Shown one piece after another: positions 36,201 through 46,576 of a stretch of 64,000 bases of DNA; within the stretch, counting starts at the first letter, position 1; each line of letters opens with the position of its first letter. The stretch is from assembly GCA_043815505.1 (NCBI GenBank), contig JBDRIV010000002.1, positions 246,943-310,942 of the forward strand, given 5' to 3'. Below the pieces are notes generated by a model that was not told the DNA's origin, ran no database searches, and saw nothing but the letters and a program-made list of their open reading frames with translations. The translations under genes and the position numbers were made by a program. This stretch comes from a bacterium (GTDB taxonomy: Bacteria; Patescibacteriota; JABMPQ01; JBDRIV01).

Positions 36201-36813
36201 TAGTGGCAACTAGGGGAATTTCTAATTCCTTAGATAGTTTTACCAATTGCTGATTAATATTTTGTGAGAGTTCATCATTAGTATGTCGCTGGATTTCAAT
36301 AAAAAAAGAATCTTTGCCAAAAATGTTTTGCAGTTCTAAAGCTTTATTTTGAGCTGCTTCCTCATCATCTTTATGAAAAGTTTGACTTAAGGGACCTTGT
36401 AAACATCCTGACAAAGCGATTAAGCCTTCACTATGTTCTTTTATTAATTCCATATCAATTCGAGGTTTGTAATAAAATCCCTCCAAATGAGCAATGGTAG
36501 TTAGTTTAACTAAATTTTTATAACCGGTTTCATTTTTACAAAGAAGAGTAAGGTGATAAGGAGAGGAGTCTAATTTGGAGGATTTTGATAAATGGCTTCC
36601 TTTAGTTAAATAAATTTCAGAGCCAATTATTGGTTTGATATTTTTTTCCTGGCAGGCTTGATAAAATTCGATGGCCGAATACATGTTGCCATGTTCTGTT
36701 AAAGCTAACGCTTTAAAACCCTGATCTTTGGCATAGGAAACTAACTCCCCAATTTTGGGGAGTCCATCTAATAAACTGTAATGACTGTGAACGTGAAGGT
36801 GGGTGAAGGGCAT
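33280..36813 (-). CDS. dnaE: DNA polymerase III alpha subunit
   Basis: PHP domain (MPFTHLHVHSHYSLLDG), polymerase core, OB fold. 1177 aa, so no intein. Confidence 0.95.
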   Translation of the reverse strand: MPFTHLHVHSHYSLLDGLPKIGELVSYAKDQGFKALALTEHGNMYSAIEFYQACQEKNIKPIIGSEIYLTKGSHLSKSSKLDSSPYHLTLLCKNETGYKNLVKLTTIAHLEGFYYKPRIDMELIKEHSEGLIALSGCLQGPLSQTFHKDDEEAAQNKALELQNIFGKDSFFIEIQRHTNDELSQNINQQLVKLSKELEIPLVATNDVHYLRPADKEVQDILVCIQTQRTVNEQNRLTMMESDLDLKSEEEMQELFSDLPEAIANTQKITEMCNLEIELGKIKLPHFEVPGDDHEGYLRQVCEEALPIRFPDLFPGKDLSEEQKKDKQEILDRFEYEMGVIAKTGYADYFLIVSDFVNFAKNNGIVVGPGRGSAAGSIVAYLLNITNIDPIKYNLVFERFLNPERISMPDIDIDFADDRRDEVIDYVSEKYGSDKVAQIITFGTMAARAAVRDTGRVLAYPYAYCDKVAKLIPMFSSLAKALETVPELKDMYETDPQAKRLLDLAKKLEGVARHASTHACGVVITKDPIDTYMPRQYASASDKTIVTQFSLHPVEDMGLLKMDFLGLKNLTIVDRTLKIIKRNKDVDIDLDNIPLDDKITYQLLKKALTTGVFQLESAGMKRYLKQLKPTDIEDIIAMVALYRPGPMELIPDYISGKHGKRSASYLHEKLKPILEPTYGVAVYQEQVLQIARDLAGFSLGEADILRKAVGKKIASLLAEQKVKFISGCINNGVDKSVAEKVFAFIEPFAGYGFNRAHAACYAMIAYQTAYLKANFPTEFMASLLTSDQENIDRVAIEVNECEQMGISVLPPNVNESYGGFTVIETKEGKEGIRFGLDAVKNVGHNLVDIIVDERKEKQFANLEEFLHRIPPEAINKKSLESLIKCGTMDFFGRRNQMLENMDRILKYSKQIHKDKESGQETIFALTGQSEIPKLQLADAPHAPKRQRLNWEKELLGLYVTEHPTSEFKPFLDKYTTPLNNIIKQEVKGARELVVGGLITTVQRIVTKKGDPMIFVTIEDPTSAIEIVVFPNLYAETPNVWQEDNFVMVSGKISARDSIPKILANKVKVLTTEEIQDEKRGFSFDSNIPSYSHSANNNPRPISATGGDPLQITVPPYTKKDTFYQLKEILQRYPGEQPVILKIPTKNGKYKEVTTSLAINRNDELIKNIEVVVGQGTVS

Positions 36814-36837
36814 AATATTGCTTAGAGCTTATAGCAG

Positions 36838-36890
36838 GGAGCAAATAGCAACGGCATAACTATTAGCCATTTGCCATATGCTAGATGCCA
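36838..36890. repeat. Tandem heptamer repeats upstream of dnaE
   Basis: ttatagc|agggagc|aaatagc|aacggca... then tagccat|ttgccat|atgctag|atgccag. Confidence 0.4.
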
Positions 36891-36891
36891 G

Positions 36892-37512
36892 TTACTCTTC
36901 TGTTCTAATTTTTGCTTTCTTTTTTCTACCTTCAAAAAAGAAAATGCTGCCAATTATAATTCCGAGGATGCTGACGATTAGTAGGGCAGTTAGTAAAAAC
37001 CAACTAAAAATGAAATTGGCGATAGCGACAACCAAATTAACTACACTTAAACCGATAGCAGTTTTATTTAGCAACCAAACAACAAAGAAAAATATTATTA
37101 GATAAACAGAAAACTTCTTCCAGTTAAAACTTTCTTGATGGAAAAGATTGTTCCAAAACAGTTTAAATTTCAAAGAAATTGTTTTTCCATGCTTCTTGTT
37201 TTTCATAATATCTCGGATGGCTTCATAATAGGCTTCCAGTAACTTATCAGCTTCTTTGGTAGTAACAGTAATATCAGTTTCTTCTTTTACTTTCTTTACC
37301 AAATCGTGGCTAATTTTTAAATCTTTATAATTTAAAATTAAAGGTTTGGCCAATTGAATATTTTCATCAACAGTTTTTCCTGGGTAACCAAGTTTAGAGA
37401 AAATTTGTGCTAATATTTTCTCTGTCTCCAGCAGAGCCATAGCCGCACTACCATTTGACTTTTCCGCTAAAAATTCTTCTACTTTTTTCCACGATAAGTT
37501 TTTTTCAGTCAT
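36892..37512 (-). CDS. Hypothetical protein with C-terminal TM helices
   Basis: 206 aa. No recognisable motif. Confidence 0.4.
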   Translation of the reverse strand: MTEKNLSWKKVEEFLAEKSNGSAAMALLETEKILAQIFSKLGYPGKTVDENIQLAKPLILNYKDLKISHDLVKKVKEETDITVTTKEADKLLEAYYEAIRDIMKNKKHGKTISLKFKLFWNNLFHQESFNWKKFSVYLIIFFFVVWLLNKTAIGLSVVNLVVAIANFIFSWFLLTALLIVSILGIIIGSIFFFEGRKKKAKIRTEE

Positions 37513-37650
37513 GTAATTGTAATAATGTATATAAATAACCTACCTTGTATAATACAACACAAAAACAGGGTTGTGAACCACCTAATAGTTTATTGTGGTC
37601 ATCCTCTGTGAGGAGGGTAAAAACCCTGTTTTTGTATTTAATACGTAATA

Positions 37651-37872
37651 TTAGCTATCGAACTTTTTCTTGATTTGCTTAACTTTTTTATTCACCTTGC
37701 CTTTGGCTGATTCTGCTTCCTCCTTTATTTCTTCCAATTTTTCAAGCAAGGCTTTTCTAGCTTCTTTACCAGTCATAGGAGCCATAAGAAGAGCTGATAG
37801 AGCTCCAACAACAGCTCCGAATATGGCGCCGGCGGCAAATCCTTTGCCATTGTGTTCACTCTTCTTGGTCAT
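37651..37872 (-). CDS. YtxH-like (DUF948) small membrane-associated protein
   Basis: GFAAGAIFGAVVGALSALLMAPMTGKEARKAL followed by a coiled coil. Start reassigned to MTKKSEH. Confidence 0.5.
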   Translation of the reverse strand: MTKKSEHNGKGFAAGAIFGAVVGALSALLMAPMTGKEARKALLEKLEEIKEEAESAKGKVNKKVKQIKKKFDS

Positions 37873-37876
37873 ATAT

Positions 37877-38071
37877 TTAGATAAAACTTTCGCCGTAGCG
37901 CATTGCGAATATGAAGGCATTGAAAGCAATACCTAAAGATCCGGCAAACGCAAACAGTGTTAAAGCTCCTATCAAAACCTGAATTTTGTCTTGCACCTTT
38001 ACAGGTGCTTCAGTTTCGTTAGCAACTTTGTTGATTTCTGGAACTGGCTGTTCCATAGTCTCATTTTGCAT
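37877..38071 (-). CDS. Hypothetical small membrane protein
   Basis: 64 aa with a single TM. Confidence 0.3.
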   Translation of the reverse strand: MQNETMEQPVPEINKVANETEAPVKVQDKIQVLIGALTLFAFAGSLGIAFNAFIFAMRYGESFI

Positions 38072-38087
38072 GGGGTTTTATTAATAA

Positions 38088-38417
38088 TTATTTGTTTTTG
38101 TTTTTACTGGACTTTATTTTTTTAGCAGTTTTTACAATATTGTTAACTCCCTTAATAACAGAGGAAACATTGGTTAGGGGACGCAAGATGTTATTATTAA
38201 TCATTTGCACAGTTTTATTAACATCAGCAATTGTGTCACCAGTTTCTTCAACGGCATCATCTAAATGACGCAATTTATTATTAACATTACGAACAGTTTT
38301 TCTGGATTCTTGAATTACCTTAGTTAGATTGAAAATAAGGTGAGTTGTATAGCCTCCTAAAGCCAAAATTACTATAGCTAGGGCAATCCACAGCAGGTCT
38401 GTGCTAGTTTCTAACAT
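38088..38417 (-). CDS. Hypothetical N-terminal-TM protein (DUF948-like)
   Basis: 109 aa. Confidence 0.35.
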   Translation of the reverse strand: MLETSTDLLWIALAIVILALGGYTTHLIFNLTKVIQESRKTVRNVNNKLRHLDDAVEETGDTIADVNKTVQMINNNILRPLTNVSSVIKGVNNIVKTAKKIKSSKNKNK

Positions 38418-38568
38418 ATAAATATATTACCAATTATACATTAATTTTAGCATATTTTGATATATTTGTCAAAGGCAATTGGCACATTTAGGCTTAAATA
38501 AAGGAATTATATTATCTATGGCTTTTTTCTTAAATATTAAGTAAAATATAAGTATATTAAACAAACAT

Positions 38569-39528
38569 ATGGTGGAAAAAAAGAAGCCAATATTACCTTC
38601 TCCCAAAGATCTGTTCAAAGCATCTACAAAAAAGAATCAGGACAAGCCAACAGAAATTTCTCCTGAAGATAAGAGAAGGGATGACATAAAAAAGAAAATA
38701 CAATCGGTTGAGGGTGAATATAAAAAAATGATTTACCGCGAAACTCACAAAGATCAAATTGTGAGAAATTGGATTGTCATTATTATTGGTGTAGGCTTAG
38801 CTTTAATGATGTTGATTGGCATTGGAATTGCCGTACGTTACATTCCTTTCATAAAAGAATTACTGGAACCACCACCTCCACCACCGCAAATTGAGCAACC
38901 ACCAGATGATTATGCTTTGGAAATTCAGGAAGTAACATTATTACCACGAACCAATCAAGAAGGTTTCTTCGATTTTGTGGCTAAAGTTTATGATAACAAC
39001 GTGGAGTGGGGAGCCAGTGAGTTTGATTATAGGATTACATTACTGGATGATAGTAAAAACGAAGTGGGGTTAGAAACGGGCAATAATTACATTTTACCAA
39101 GTCAAACAAAATACATCACGAGGTTTGGAATTAATGCTAAGGGAGCAACGAGTGCAGAAATGGAAATAGTTTCTTTAACTGCTCAGAAAATGACAGAGGA
39201 AAGAGACTTAGGTGTAGAAATTTATGGTTTAGATGTTAAAGCCTCGGCCTTAGAAACTTCAATATTTGGTTTTGTGGAGAATAAAGGAATTTATGATCTT
39301 GATGAAATAAAATTCATAATTCTTTTACTAGATACTGAAGGAAAAATTGTAGGAATAAACACAACTACTAAAAACACCTTTTTGCATGGAGAAAAGAGAG
39401 AATTCTTTCTAACTTGGCCATATCAAATCAATTCCAGTTTGGCTGTTGTAGAATCATATGTGAACGTATATAATTCAAATACTTTCGCTGATATTCTTTC
39501 AGGTAAATCAGTGGATCTTGAATACTAA
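38569..39528 (+). CDS. Hypothetical membrane-anchored protein with a polyproline linker
   Basis: 319 aa, with PPPPPPQIEQPP. Confidence 0.4.
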   Translation: MVEKKKPILPSPKDLFKASTKKNQDKPTEISPEDKRRDDIKKKIQSVEGEYKKMIYRETHKDQIVRNWIVIIIGVGLALMMLIGIGIAVRYIPFIKELLEPPPPPPQIEQPPDDYALEIQEVTLLPRTNQEGFFDFVAKVYDNNVEWGASEFDYRITLLDDSKNEVGLETGNNYILPSQTKYITRFGINAKGATSAEMEIVSLTAQKMTEERDLGVEIYGLDVKASALETSIFGFVENKGIYDLDEIKFIILLLDTEGKIVGINTTTKNTFLHGEKREFFLTWPYQINSSLAVVESYVNVYNSNTFADILSGKSVDLEY

Positions 39529-39536
39529 ATTCTAAA

Positions 39537-40640
39537 ATGGCCAGAACAACTCTATGGTTTCGACAATTTGATTTTTGGTTGTTGGGAGCAATAACTTTAT
39601 TGGTGGGACTAGGGATGTTAGTAATATTTTCTACCACCGTTAGTGATGAGGGTTACCGCTCAATTAATGTCCAAGGACTGGCTTTAGTTCTTGGTATTTT
39701 TGTTTTGTCTTTTTTAAGTGCCCTGGATTATAGGTATTTAAAAAATCTTTCTTATATTTTATACGTCCTTACAATAGTGGTTTTGGTTTTGTTATTATTT
39801 TTTGGAAAAACTGTTAAAGGAACAACAGGTTGGTTTAATTTAGGATTCATTCAAGTTCAACCATCTGAGTTTGCTAAAGTTACTATGTTGCTAGTGCTCG
39901 CGCGCTATTTTTCCTGGTGCGTAGGCCGTCCTTCTCGTCTTCAGTTTGTTATTGTTTCCGGAATTTTAGTGGGAATTCCCACTATAATTACCATGTTACA
40001 ACCAGAATTTGGGTCAGCTCTGTTACTTGTTTTTATGTGGTTGGGAATGTTGCTTTTTACGGGTATAAAAAGAAACTATGTTATTGCTTTAGTGGTGGTG
40101 TTTTTAGTAACCGCTTTACTTGGTTGGAATTTCTTTTTGCAGGATTATCAAAAAGAAAGAATTATGACTTTTATGCAACCACAAGATGATCCCTTGGGTG
40201 CGGGCTGGAACATGAATCAAGCTATTATTGCTGTGGGTTCTGGCGGTTTAATTGGGCGTGGGTTAGGGGAGGGCTCGCAAAGCCAGTTAGATTTTTTACC
40301 TGAACAACACACCGATTTTATTTTTGCTGTTATCGCTGAAGAGCTAGGTTTAGTAGGAACATTAGCTGTGATAATTTTATTTGCCTTTCTTTTATACAGG
40401 ATGTTGCGCATTGCTTATCGGGCGCGTGATGATTTTGGATTAATGTTAGCCATTGGAGCTAGTGTACTTTTAATAGCTCAGATTACTTTAAATATTGGTA
40501 TGAACTTAGGCATTTTACCGATTGCCGGTGTACCTTTGCCACTTGTAAGTTCTGGTGGTTCAGCCTTACTTGCTATGATGATGATTTTTGGCATTTTGCA
40601 AAGTGTGATAATTCGACACAAAGGAGTGGTTTTTAAATAA
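39537..40640 (+). CDS. SEDS-family peptidoglycan glycosyltransferase (FtsW/RodA)
   Basis: 367 aa, 10 TM, conserved SEDS motifs. Confidence 0.85.
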   Translation: MARTTLWFRQFDFWLLGAITLLVGLGMLVIFSTTVSDEGYRSINVQGLALVLGIFVLSFLSALDYRYLKNLSYILYVLTIVVLVLLLFFGKTVKGTTGWFNLGFIQVQPSEFAKVTMLLVLARYFSWCVGRPSRLQFVIVSGILVGIPTIITMLQPEFGSALLLVFMWLGMLLFTGIKRNYVIALVVVFLVTALLGWNFFLQDYQKERIMTFMQPQDDPLGAGWNMNQAIIAVGSGGLIGRGLGEGSQSQLDFLPEQHTDFIFAVIAEELGLVGTLAVIILFAFLLYRMLRIAYRARDDFGLMLAIGASVLLIAQITLNIGMNLGILPIAGVPLPLVSSGGSALLAMMMIFGILQSVIIRHKGVVFK

Positions 40641-40672
40641 TATAAAGAACAATTCTATTGCTCAAGGATGAT

Positions 40673-40700
40673 TGACTTGAGGGTCGCAATTTGATATAAT
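40673..40700 (+). promoter_or_regulatory. Consensus sigma70 promoter (TTGACT-16-TATAAT)
   Basis: Upstream of the 40729 ORF. Confidence 0.45.
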
Positions 40701-40728
40701 AAAGTTAGAAACAAAAATAAAAATACAT

Positions 40729-41073
40729 ATGAATAAATCAGATTTAAATAATCTATCAGAAGAGGAACGCTTTTTATCAGCGTGCCCATTGTGTAATACG
40801 CGTTATGAACCTGAAGAGGCTAAAATTGTTGAGGAAAAAGACGACGCGTATTTATTGTATACAATTTGTGAAAAATGTGGTTCCAATATTGTGGCAACTT
40901 TGACAACCAATTCTTTGGGCGTAAGTTCTATTGGGTTGGTTACAGATTTAACATATGAAGATGTGGTGTTGTTTAAAGATGGTGACGGAATATTTGCTAA
41001 CGATGTTGTAGAATTATATGAACATCTAAAAGCCAACGACGGTGATATGAAATTTTTGACCAGCGAAGCATAA
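40729..41073 (+). CDS. Hypothetical zinc-ribbon protein (CxxC...CxxC)
   Basis: 114 aa. Confidence 0.45.
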   Translation: MNKSDLNNLSEEERFLSACPLCNTRYEPEEAKIVEEKDDAYLLYTICEKCGSNIVATLTTNSLGVSSIGLVTDLTYEDVVLFKDGDGIFANDVVELYEHLKANDGDMKFLTSEA

Positions 41074-41086
41074 ATATAAATTTGCA

Positions 41087-41122
41087 AACCTCTGTAAGTC
41101 AAGTGGCCAGCAGAGGTTTTTT
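41087..41122 (+). terminator. Rho-independent terminator
   Basis: aacctctg...cagaggtt followed by TTTT. Confidence 0.6.
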
Positions 41123-41219
41123 GTTTGTAAAAATAGTAGAAAAACAGCAAAATTTAGCGTTTAGAATAACATTGACTAATATAATAAATTAGTTCCTAAT
41201 ATAATATTTAACGAAACCC

Positions 41220-41247
41220 TTGCAATTATTCAAAAAATCGCTATAAT
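41220..41247 (+). promoter_or_regulatory. Sigma70 promoter (TTGCAA-16-TATAAT) for rplY
   Basis: Near-consensus hexamers. Confidence 0.4.
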
Positions 41248-41283
41248 AAATTCTGAATTTTTAAAACAGATTGGATAAATATT

Positions 41284-42072
41284 ATGGACATAATTACCTT
41301 AAATATAAAGACACGAGAATTGTCTACAAAAGAGAAAAAAGCTCTTCGAAAAACAGGCAGAGTTCCTGCTATTGTTTATGGTAAAGAAGCCAAAAACATG
41401 CCGATTTCTGTTGATGCCAAGGAATTTAATAAGGTCTTTAAAGAAGCTGGAGAAAGTACAATTTTGGAGCTTACAACAGACGATAAAAAGAAGAAAAATG
41501 CGGTCGTAAAAGATTTTCAAAGAGATCCTGTTCGTGATGACTTTATCCACATCGATTTTTTGGAAGTAAGCATGACTGAAAAGATGACCGCTGAAGTGCC
41601 ACTAAAATTTGTTGGTATTTCAAAGGCAGTTAAAGACGATGCTGGAATTTTAGTTAAAAACGTATCTGAGGTTGAAGTAGAATGTTTACCAGCTGATTTG
41701 CCCCGAGAAATTAAAGTTAGCATTTCTTCTCTAGATACTTTTGATGATGTTATTAAAATTAAAGATATTGAGGTTCCGGAAGGCGTAGAAATTTTAGAAA
41801 AACCAACTGAAACCATTGTTGTTGTTACTCCACCTCGATCTGAAGAAGAATTGGAAAGTCTGGAAGAAGAAGTGGAAGAAAAAGTTGAAGATGTTGAAGG
41901 TGTAACTAAAGAAGAAGAGGGTGAAGAAGGAGAAGAAGGTGAAAAGAAAGAAGATGGTTCGGCAGGTTCACCACAAGATAAAGATGCTCTCAAAGAAGAT
42001 GGTTCGGCAGGCTCACCACAAGATGGTTCGACAAGCTCACCACAGGGCAAGAAGGAAGATAGTTCGAAATAA
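41284..42072 (+). CDS. rplY: 50S ribosomal protein L25 / general stress protein Ctc, with an acidic low-complexity C-terminal extension
   Basis: L25 N-terminal and Ctc domains. The tail contains tandem KEDGSAGSPQD repeats. Confidence 0.85.
   Translation: MDIITLNIKTRELSTKEKKALRKTGRVPAIVYGKEAKNMPISVDAKEFNKVFKEAGESTILELTTDDKKKKNAVVKDFQRDPVRDDFIHIDFLEVSMTEKMTAEVPLKFVGISKAVKDDAGILVKNVSEVEVECLPADLPREIKVSISSLDTFDDVIKIKDIEVPEGVEILEKPTETIVVVTPPRSEEELESLEEEVEEKVEDVEGVTKEEEGEEGEEGEKKEDGSAGSPQDKDALKEDGSAGSPQDGSTSSPQGKKEDSSK
41950..42060 (+). repeat. Tandem ~33-bp coding repeats in the rplY tail
   Basis: gaagatggttcggcaggttcaccacaagat occurs about 2.5 times. Confidence 0.6.
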
Positions 42073-42122
42073 CTCACCTCGATAAACTCGGGGCAAGCAC
42101 CACAAGTAAATAATAGAATTAC

Positions 42123-42437
42123 ATGACAGTAAAAGATACAATTCAAAAAGTTAAAGATGCCGAAATTAAGGCCCGTAAAAATATTTCTAATTCTGAAGAA
42201 GAGGCCAAGAAAATTATTCTCGAAGCTAAAGAAAAAGCAGTTAATAGACTTGAGAGTGTAAAAAAAGATGCTAATAAACAAATGGGTAGCATTGTTGATG
42301 ATGCTAAGAAAAATGCTGAATTAGAACTCAAAAAAATGAAGGAAGAAAAACAAGCTGGGATTGATAAAACAACCGCTAAAATTTCTAGTAACAAAAAAGA
42401 AGCAGTAAATTATATTTGGGAGAAACTTATAAACTAA
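42123..42437 (+). CDS. V/A-type ATPase peripheral-stalk subunit H (NtpF-like)
   Basis: 104 aa, fully helical, first gene of the H-I-K-E-C-F-A-B-D operon. Confidence 0.6.
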   Translation: MTVKDTIQKVKDAEIKARKNISNSEEEAKKIILEAKEKAVNRLESVKKDANKQMGSIVDDAKKNAELELKKMKEEKQAGIDKTTAKISSNKKEAVNYIWEKLIN

Positions 42438-44405
42438 ATGGCAGTAGCAAAACTACAAAAAATCAGGCTCATATGTCACAAGCAGAAAAAGGAAGAAGTG
42501 CTTGATTTTTTACATACGGTTGGTGTTATGCACGTTGAATTGGAGACAAAAGAAGGAGAAGTAGTTGGTGAAGCTTCAACTTTAGAATACGATTTGGCAG
42601 AAGTAAAATTTGCTATTGATTTTCTAACCCCTTTTGAAGTTATACCTAAGCAATCTTTGTCCCAAAAACTTGATGGCAAGAAAATTCGTTTAACCAAAAA
42701 AGAATTTAAGAAAGCAGTTTCCGGATTTGATTGCAAAAATCTATTAGTTGAGATTAAGAAAGTTGATGAGGATTTAAATTATGCAGAATCAGAAAGTATA
42801 AGCGAGCAAGAAAAAGTGACTACCTACAAAAAATGGATTCCTTTGCACGAAAAGCTATCTGCTATAAAAGATAATGGTTCAACAAAGTTTATACTGGCCG
42901 AAGTTCCCCAAGTGCATTACGATTTCTTTTTGGAAAAGTTTGATCAAGAGGTGAAATTGGCTGAAGTTAAAAAAGTTAATAGTCTGGATGGATTTGAACA
43001 ACTTCTAATTATTGTAAACGAGAAGTTTAGAGAACAAGCTGTTAATGTGCTTTCTGAATTTGCAGGATTGGAAGTTGATTTACCAAAAAATGGCAAAACA
43101 CCAAAGGAATTGGTCGATATTCATTCCAGAAGAGCAAAGTCTTCTAAAAAGGAAATCGAGAAATTAAATGAACATGCCATTAATTTGGCAGAAAATTTGC
43201 AGAGTTTTAGAATTTTATTTGATTATTTAACTTGGCAACAAGAAAAAGAGGAAGTGCAAAAGGGGAGCGTAATGACAGATAGTACGGTGGCCATGACCGG
43301 TTGGATTCGTGCTAAAGCTTACGGAGATATAAAAAAGGATTTAGCCAAGATTACCAAATTGCTAACATTAAAGAAGATTAAGCCTAAAAAAGACGAAGAG
43401 ACTCCAGTTTTACTTGAGAATAAATCTGTTATTAGACCCTTTGAAGCAGTTACAAATATTTATGGTGCACCAAAATCATCTGAGATTGACCCGACATTTT
43501 GGTTGGCACCATTTTTTATAGTTTTCTTTGGACTAGCTTTAACTGATGCTGGTTACGGAATTGTTTTAGCCCTATTTGCTTTTATTGGTATGAAAGTAAT
43601 GAAAGTTCCTGGAGAAAAACAGCGTTTATGGAGACTTTTAATTTATGGTGGTATTTCCACTTTTGTAATTGGAATTCTGTTTGGTGGTTGGTTCGGAATC
43701 GTGTTGGATGACTTACCAGATTCAATTGGCTTTATAAGAGATTTCCTATTATCACTCAGAATGATTGACCCAGTAGCTGATCCAATTACCTTTATGATCT
43801 TATCTTTTGCCCTAGGAATTCTGCATGTTCTAACTGGAATCGCTATTGATATTGTCTGGAAGATTAAAAACAAAGATTATGTTGATGCTATTTTGGACAG
43901 CGGATTGTGGTTCTATTTCATTGTAGTATTATTACTTTTCGCTCTAGCAGCTGTTGGTGTTTTGCCAGAGAGTTTCTCCGGACCTGCAAAAATCGCCGTC
44001 CTAATTGGCGCTGGATTACTGGTTGTAACACAAGGTAGAAAGAGTAAAAATATTGTAGCCAAAGCTGGTATTGGTGCTCTTAGTCTTTATAATATTGTTG
44101 GCTATTTTTCTGACATCCTTTCTTATTCTCGTTTGCTAGCCTTAGGATTGGCCACCGGAATAATTGCTATGGTAGTTAACCTAATTGCTGTTATGTTTAA
44201 AGAGATGATTCCAGTTGTTGGCTGGGTAGTTATGATTCTAGTTTTGGTCGGTGGACATTTGTTTAATTTAACGATTAACGCCCTCGGAGCTTTTATTCAC
44301 TCCGGTCGTTTGCAGTTTGTAGAATTCTTTCCGAAATTTATGGAAGGTGGCGGCAGTCGTTTCAAACCGTTTGTCAGAGAAGGGAAGTATGTCATTGTTA
44401 GCTAA
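42438..44405 (+). CDS. V/A-type ATPase subunit I (a subunit, membrane)
   Basis: 655 aa with an N-terminal soluble domain and a C-terminal domain of about 8 TM. Confidence 0.8.
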   Translation: MAVAKLQKIRLICHKQKKEEVLDFLHTVGVMHVELETKEGEVVGEASTLEYDLAEVKFAIDFLTPFEVIPKQSLSQKLDGKKIRLTKKEFKKAVSGFDCKNLLVEIKKVDEDLNYAESESISEQEKVTTYKKWIPLHEKLSAIKDNGSTKFILAEVPQVHYDFFLEKFDQEVKLAEVKKVNSLDGFEQLLIIVNEKFREQAVNVLSEFAGLEVDLPKNGKTPKELVDIHSRRAKSSKKEIEKLNEHAINLAENLQSFRILFDYLTWQQEKEEVQKGSVMTDSTVAMTGWIRAKAYGDIKKDLAKITKLLTLKKIKPKKDEETPVLLENKSVIRPFEAVTNIYGAPKSSEIDPTFWLAPFFIVFFGLALTDAGYGIVLALFAFIGMKVMKVPGEKQRLWRLLIYGGISTFVIGILFGGWFGIVLDDLPDSIGFIRDFLLSLRMIDPVADPITFMILSFALGILHVLTGIAIDIVWKIKNKDYVDAILDSGLWFYFIVVLLLFALAAVGVLPESFSGPAKIAVLIGAGLLVVTQGRKSKNIVAKAGIGALSLYNIVGYFSDILSYSRLLALGLATGIIAMVVNLIAVMFKEMIPVVGWVVMILVLVGGHLFNLTINALGAFIHSGRLQFVEFFPKFMEGGGSRFKPFVREGKYVIVS

Positions 44406-44429
44406 TAAACCAAATTATTTGGTAGTTAG

Positions 44430-44933
<504 letters not shown>

Positions 44934-45488
44934 ATGGCACTTAAAAACGTCATAGAAAAAATTAGTCAAGATGCTAACACTGAAGCTTCTAAAAATATAA
45001 AAGAAGCTGGTCTTCAGGCTGACAAAATTTTGCAAGTGGCTGATAAAAAATCAGAAATGATAAGAACCAAAGTTTTGGAACAGGGAAGAGTGAAAGCTGA
45101 TAAAATTCATGAGCAAGCTGTGAGCGCTGCGGTTATGTGGGAGAGAAACGAAATTCTTAAAAGCAAACAAAAAACTTTGCAGGAAGTTTATGAAGAATTA
45201 TCAGCTAAGATGCAGAATCTATCTGACGAAGAACACAAGCAGTTGCTAAGCAAACTACTAAAAGGTTTACCAACTGAAGGTGAAATTGTAGCCACAAAGA
45301 AGAGTCAAAGTTTACTGCGTGATTTAGTTTCACAAGCTGGGCTAAATTTGGCCAGTGAAACTATTGCTGGCGATGGTGGCTTCATGTATCGATCTGATGA
45401 GATTGATATTGACCAAAGATTTGAAAGTGTTCTGAAATCTTTGCGCGAAGAAACTGAAGCCGGAGCAGCTAATAAACTTTTTAACTAA
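44934..45488 (+). CDS. V/A-type ATPase subunit E
   Basis: 184 aa, coiled coil. Confidence 0.7.
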   Translation: MALKNVIEKISQDANTEASKNIKEAGLQADKILQVADKKSEMIRTKVLEQGRVKADKIHEQAVSAAVMWERNEILKSKQKTLQEVYEELSAKMQNLSDEEHKQLLSKLLKGLPTEGEIVATKKSQSLLRDLVSQAGLNLASETIAGDGGFMYRSDEIDIDQRFESVLKSLREETEAGAANKLFN

Positions 45489-45494
45489 CTTAAG

Positions 45495-45567
45495 CCCAGT
45501 AGTACAACCATAAAGTTGTTCTGCTGGCAAAACCAGTAATTATTAATCATTAAGTTGTACTACTGGA
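45495..45567. mobile_element. Family-1 inverted-repeat element, copy 7, inside the ATPase operon and abutting the subunit C ATG
   Basis: cccagtagtacaa...ttaagttgtactactgga-ATG. Confidence 0.5.
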
Positions 45568-46575
45568 ATGGGTGTAACAAACGATAAATATTTGTTTGCC
45601 ACCGGCCGGTTGAGATCACTGGAGGCAAAAGTTTTGTCGCCAACTGACATTGATCGCATGGTGGATGCTAAAGATGCAGAAGAAGCATTGAAAGTTTTTA
45701 ATGACCTTTCTTTAGCAGACGAGCGAGTGGACATGAAAGACGCCACTTCTTTTGAGGCGGCTGTTATGCACGACTTGGGTCAATTAAAAGATGAAATCGC
45801 TGGTCTGACACCTGATAATGTTTTATTGGAATGGTTGTTTTTAGCAGAAGATGCTCACAATGTGAAGTTGCTTCTAAAACTAGCCAAAGGTGAGTTAGTT
45901 GAAGAAAAATATTTAGGTTCATTTTCCAACTTAGCTTTGTTACCACTGGAAAAACTAAAAATTCTTCTAGACGGTAAAAATGAAGAAGTAAGTGAAGTTT
46001 ATAGAAATTTTATTACTGAAGTTTTGGAGAACAAAGCAAAAGCAGAAGAAGCGATTCAAATTGATATGATGGTTGATAAGGCTTACACAAAAGCGCTTGG
46101 TGCCATGTCAAAAATAATCAGAAAAGATTTTGTTAAGAAAATTACCGAGTACAGAATTAATGCTGCTAACATTAAAACTTCTATTCGTCTAAAACTTATG
46201 GACAAACCAGTTGGAGTTTTAAATGAAGCATTTAATGAAGGTGGAAACCTAAAGTTAAATGATGTAGTAGAAGTGTATGGTGGACAAACAACAGACTTGG
46301 CTAAAGTTTTGCAATCTAGTATTGATGGTTCACTGAAAGAAAGTATCAGTAAAGCTTTGGAAGAAAAACAATTGAGCGAATTGGACAAAGCTTTGGAAGA
46401 ATATGAATTGCAACTCTGTGCCGAAACTACATACATAGCTTATGGACCAGAAATTGTTGTGGCTTACACAATTCTAAAACAAGCAGCGCTAAAAAATATT
46501 CGTTTAATAATGAGTGGCAAAGTAAATGACATTCAGCCAGCTGAAATCAGACAATACTTAAGAGTCAAGCAATAA
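45568..46575 (+). CDS. V/A-type ATPase subunit C (V0 d-like)
   Basis: 335 aa, helical. Confidence 0.7.
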   Translation: MGVTNDKYLFATGRLRSLEAKVLSPTDIDRMVDAKDAEEALKVFNDLSLADERVDMKDATSFEAAVMHDLGQLKDEIAGLTPDNVLLEWLFLAEDAHNVKLLLKLAKGELVEEKYLGSFSNLALLPLEKLKILLDGKNEEVSEVYRNFITEVLENKAKAEEAIQIDMMVDKAYTKALGAMSKIIRKDFVKKITEYRINAANIKTSIRLKLMDKPVGVLNEAFNEGGNLKLNDVVEVYGGQTTDLAKVLQSSIDGSLKESISKALEEKQLSELDKALEEYELQLCAETTYIAYGPEIVVAYTILKQAALKNIRLIMSGKVNDIQPAEIRQYLRVKQ

Positions 46576-46576
46576 A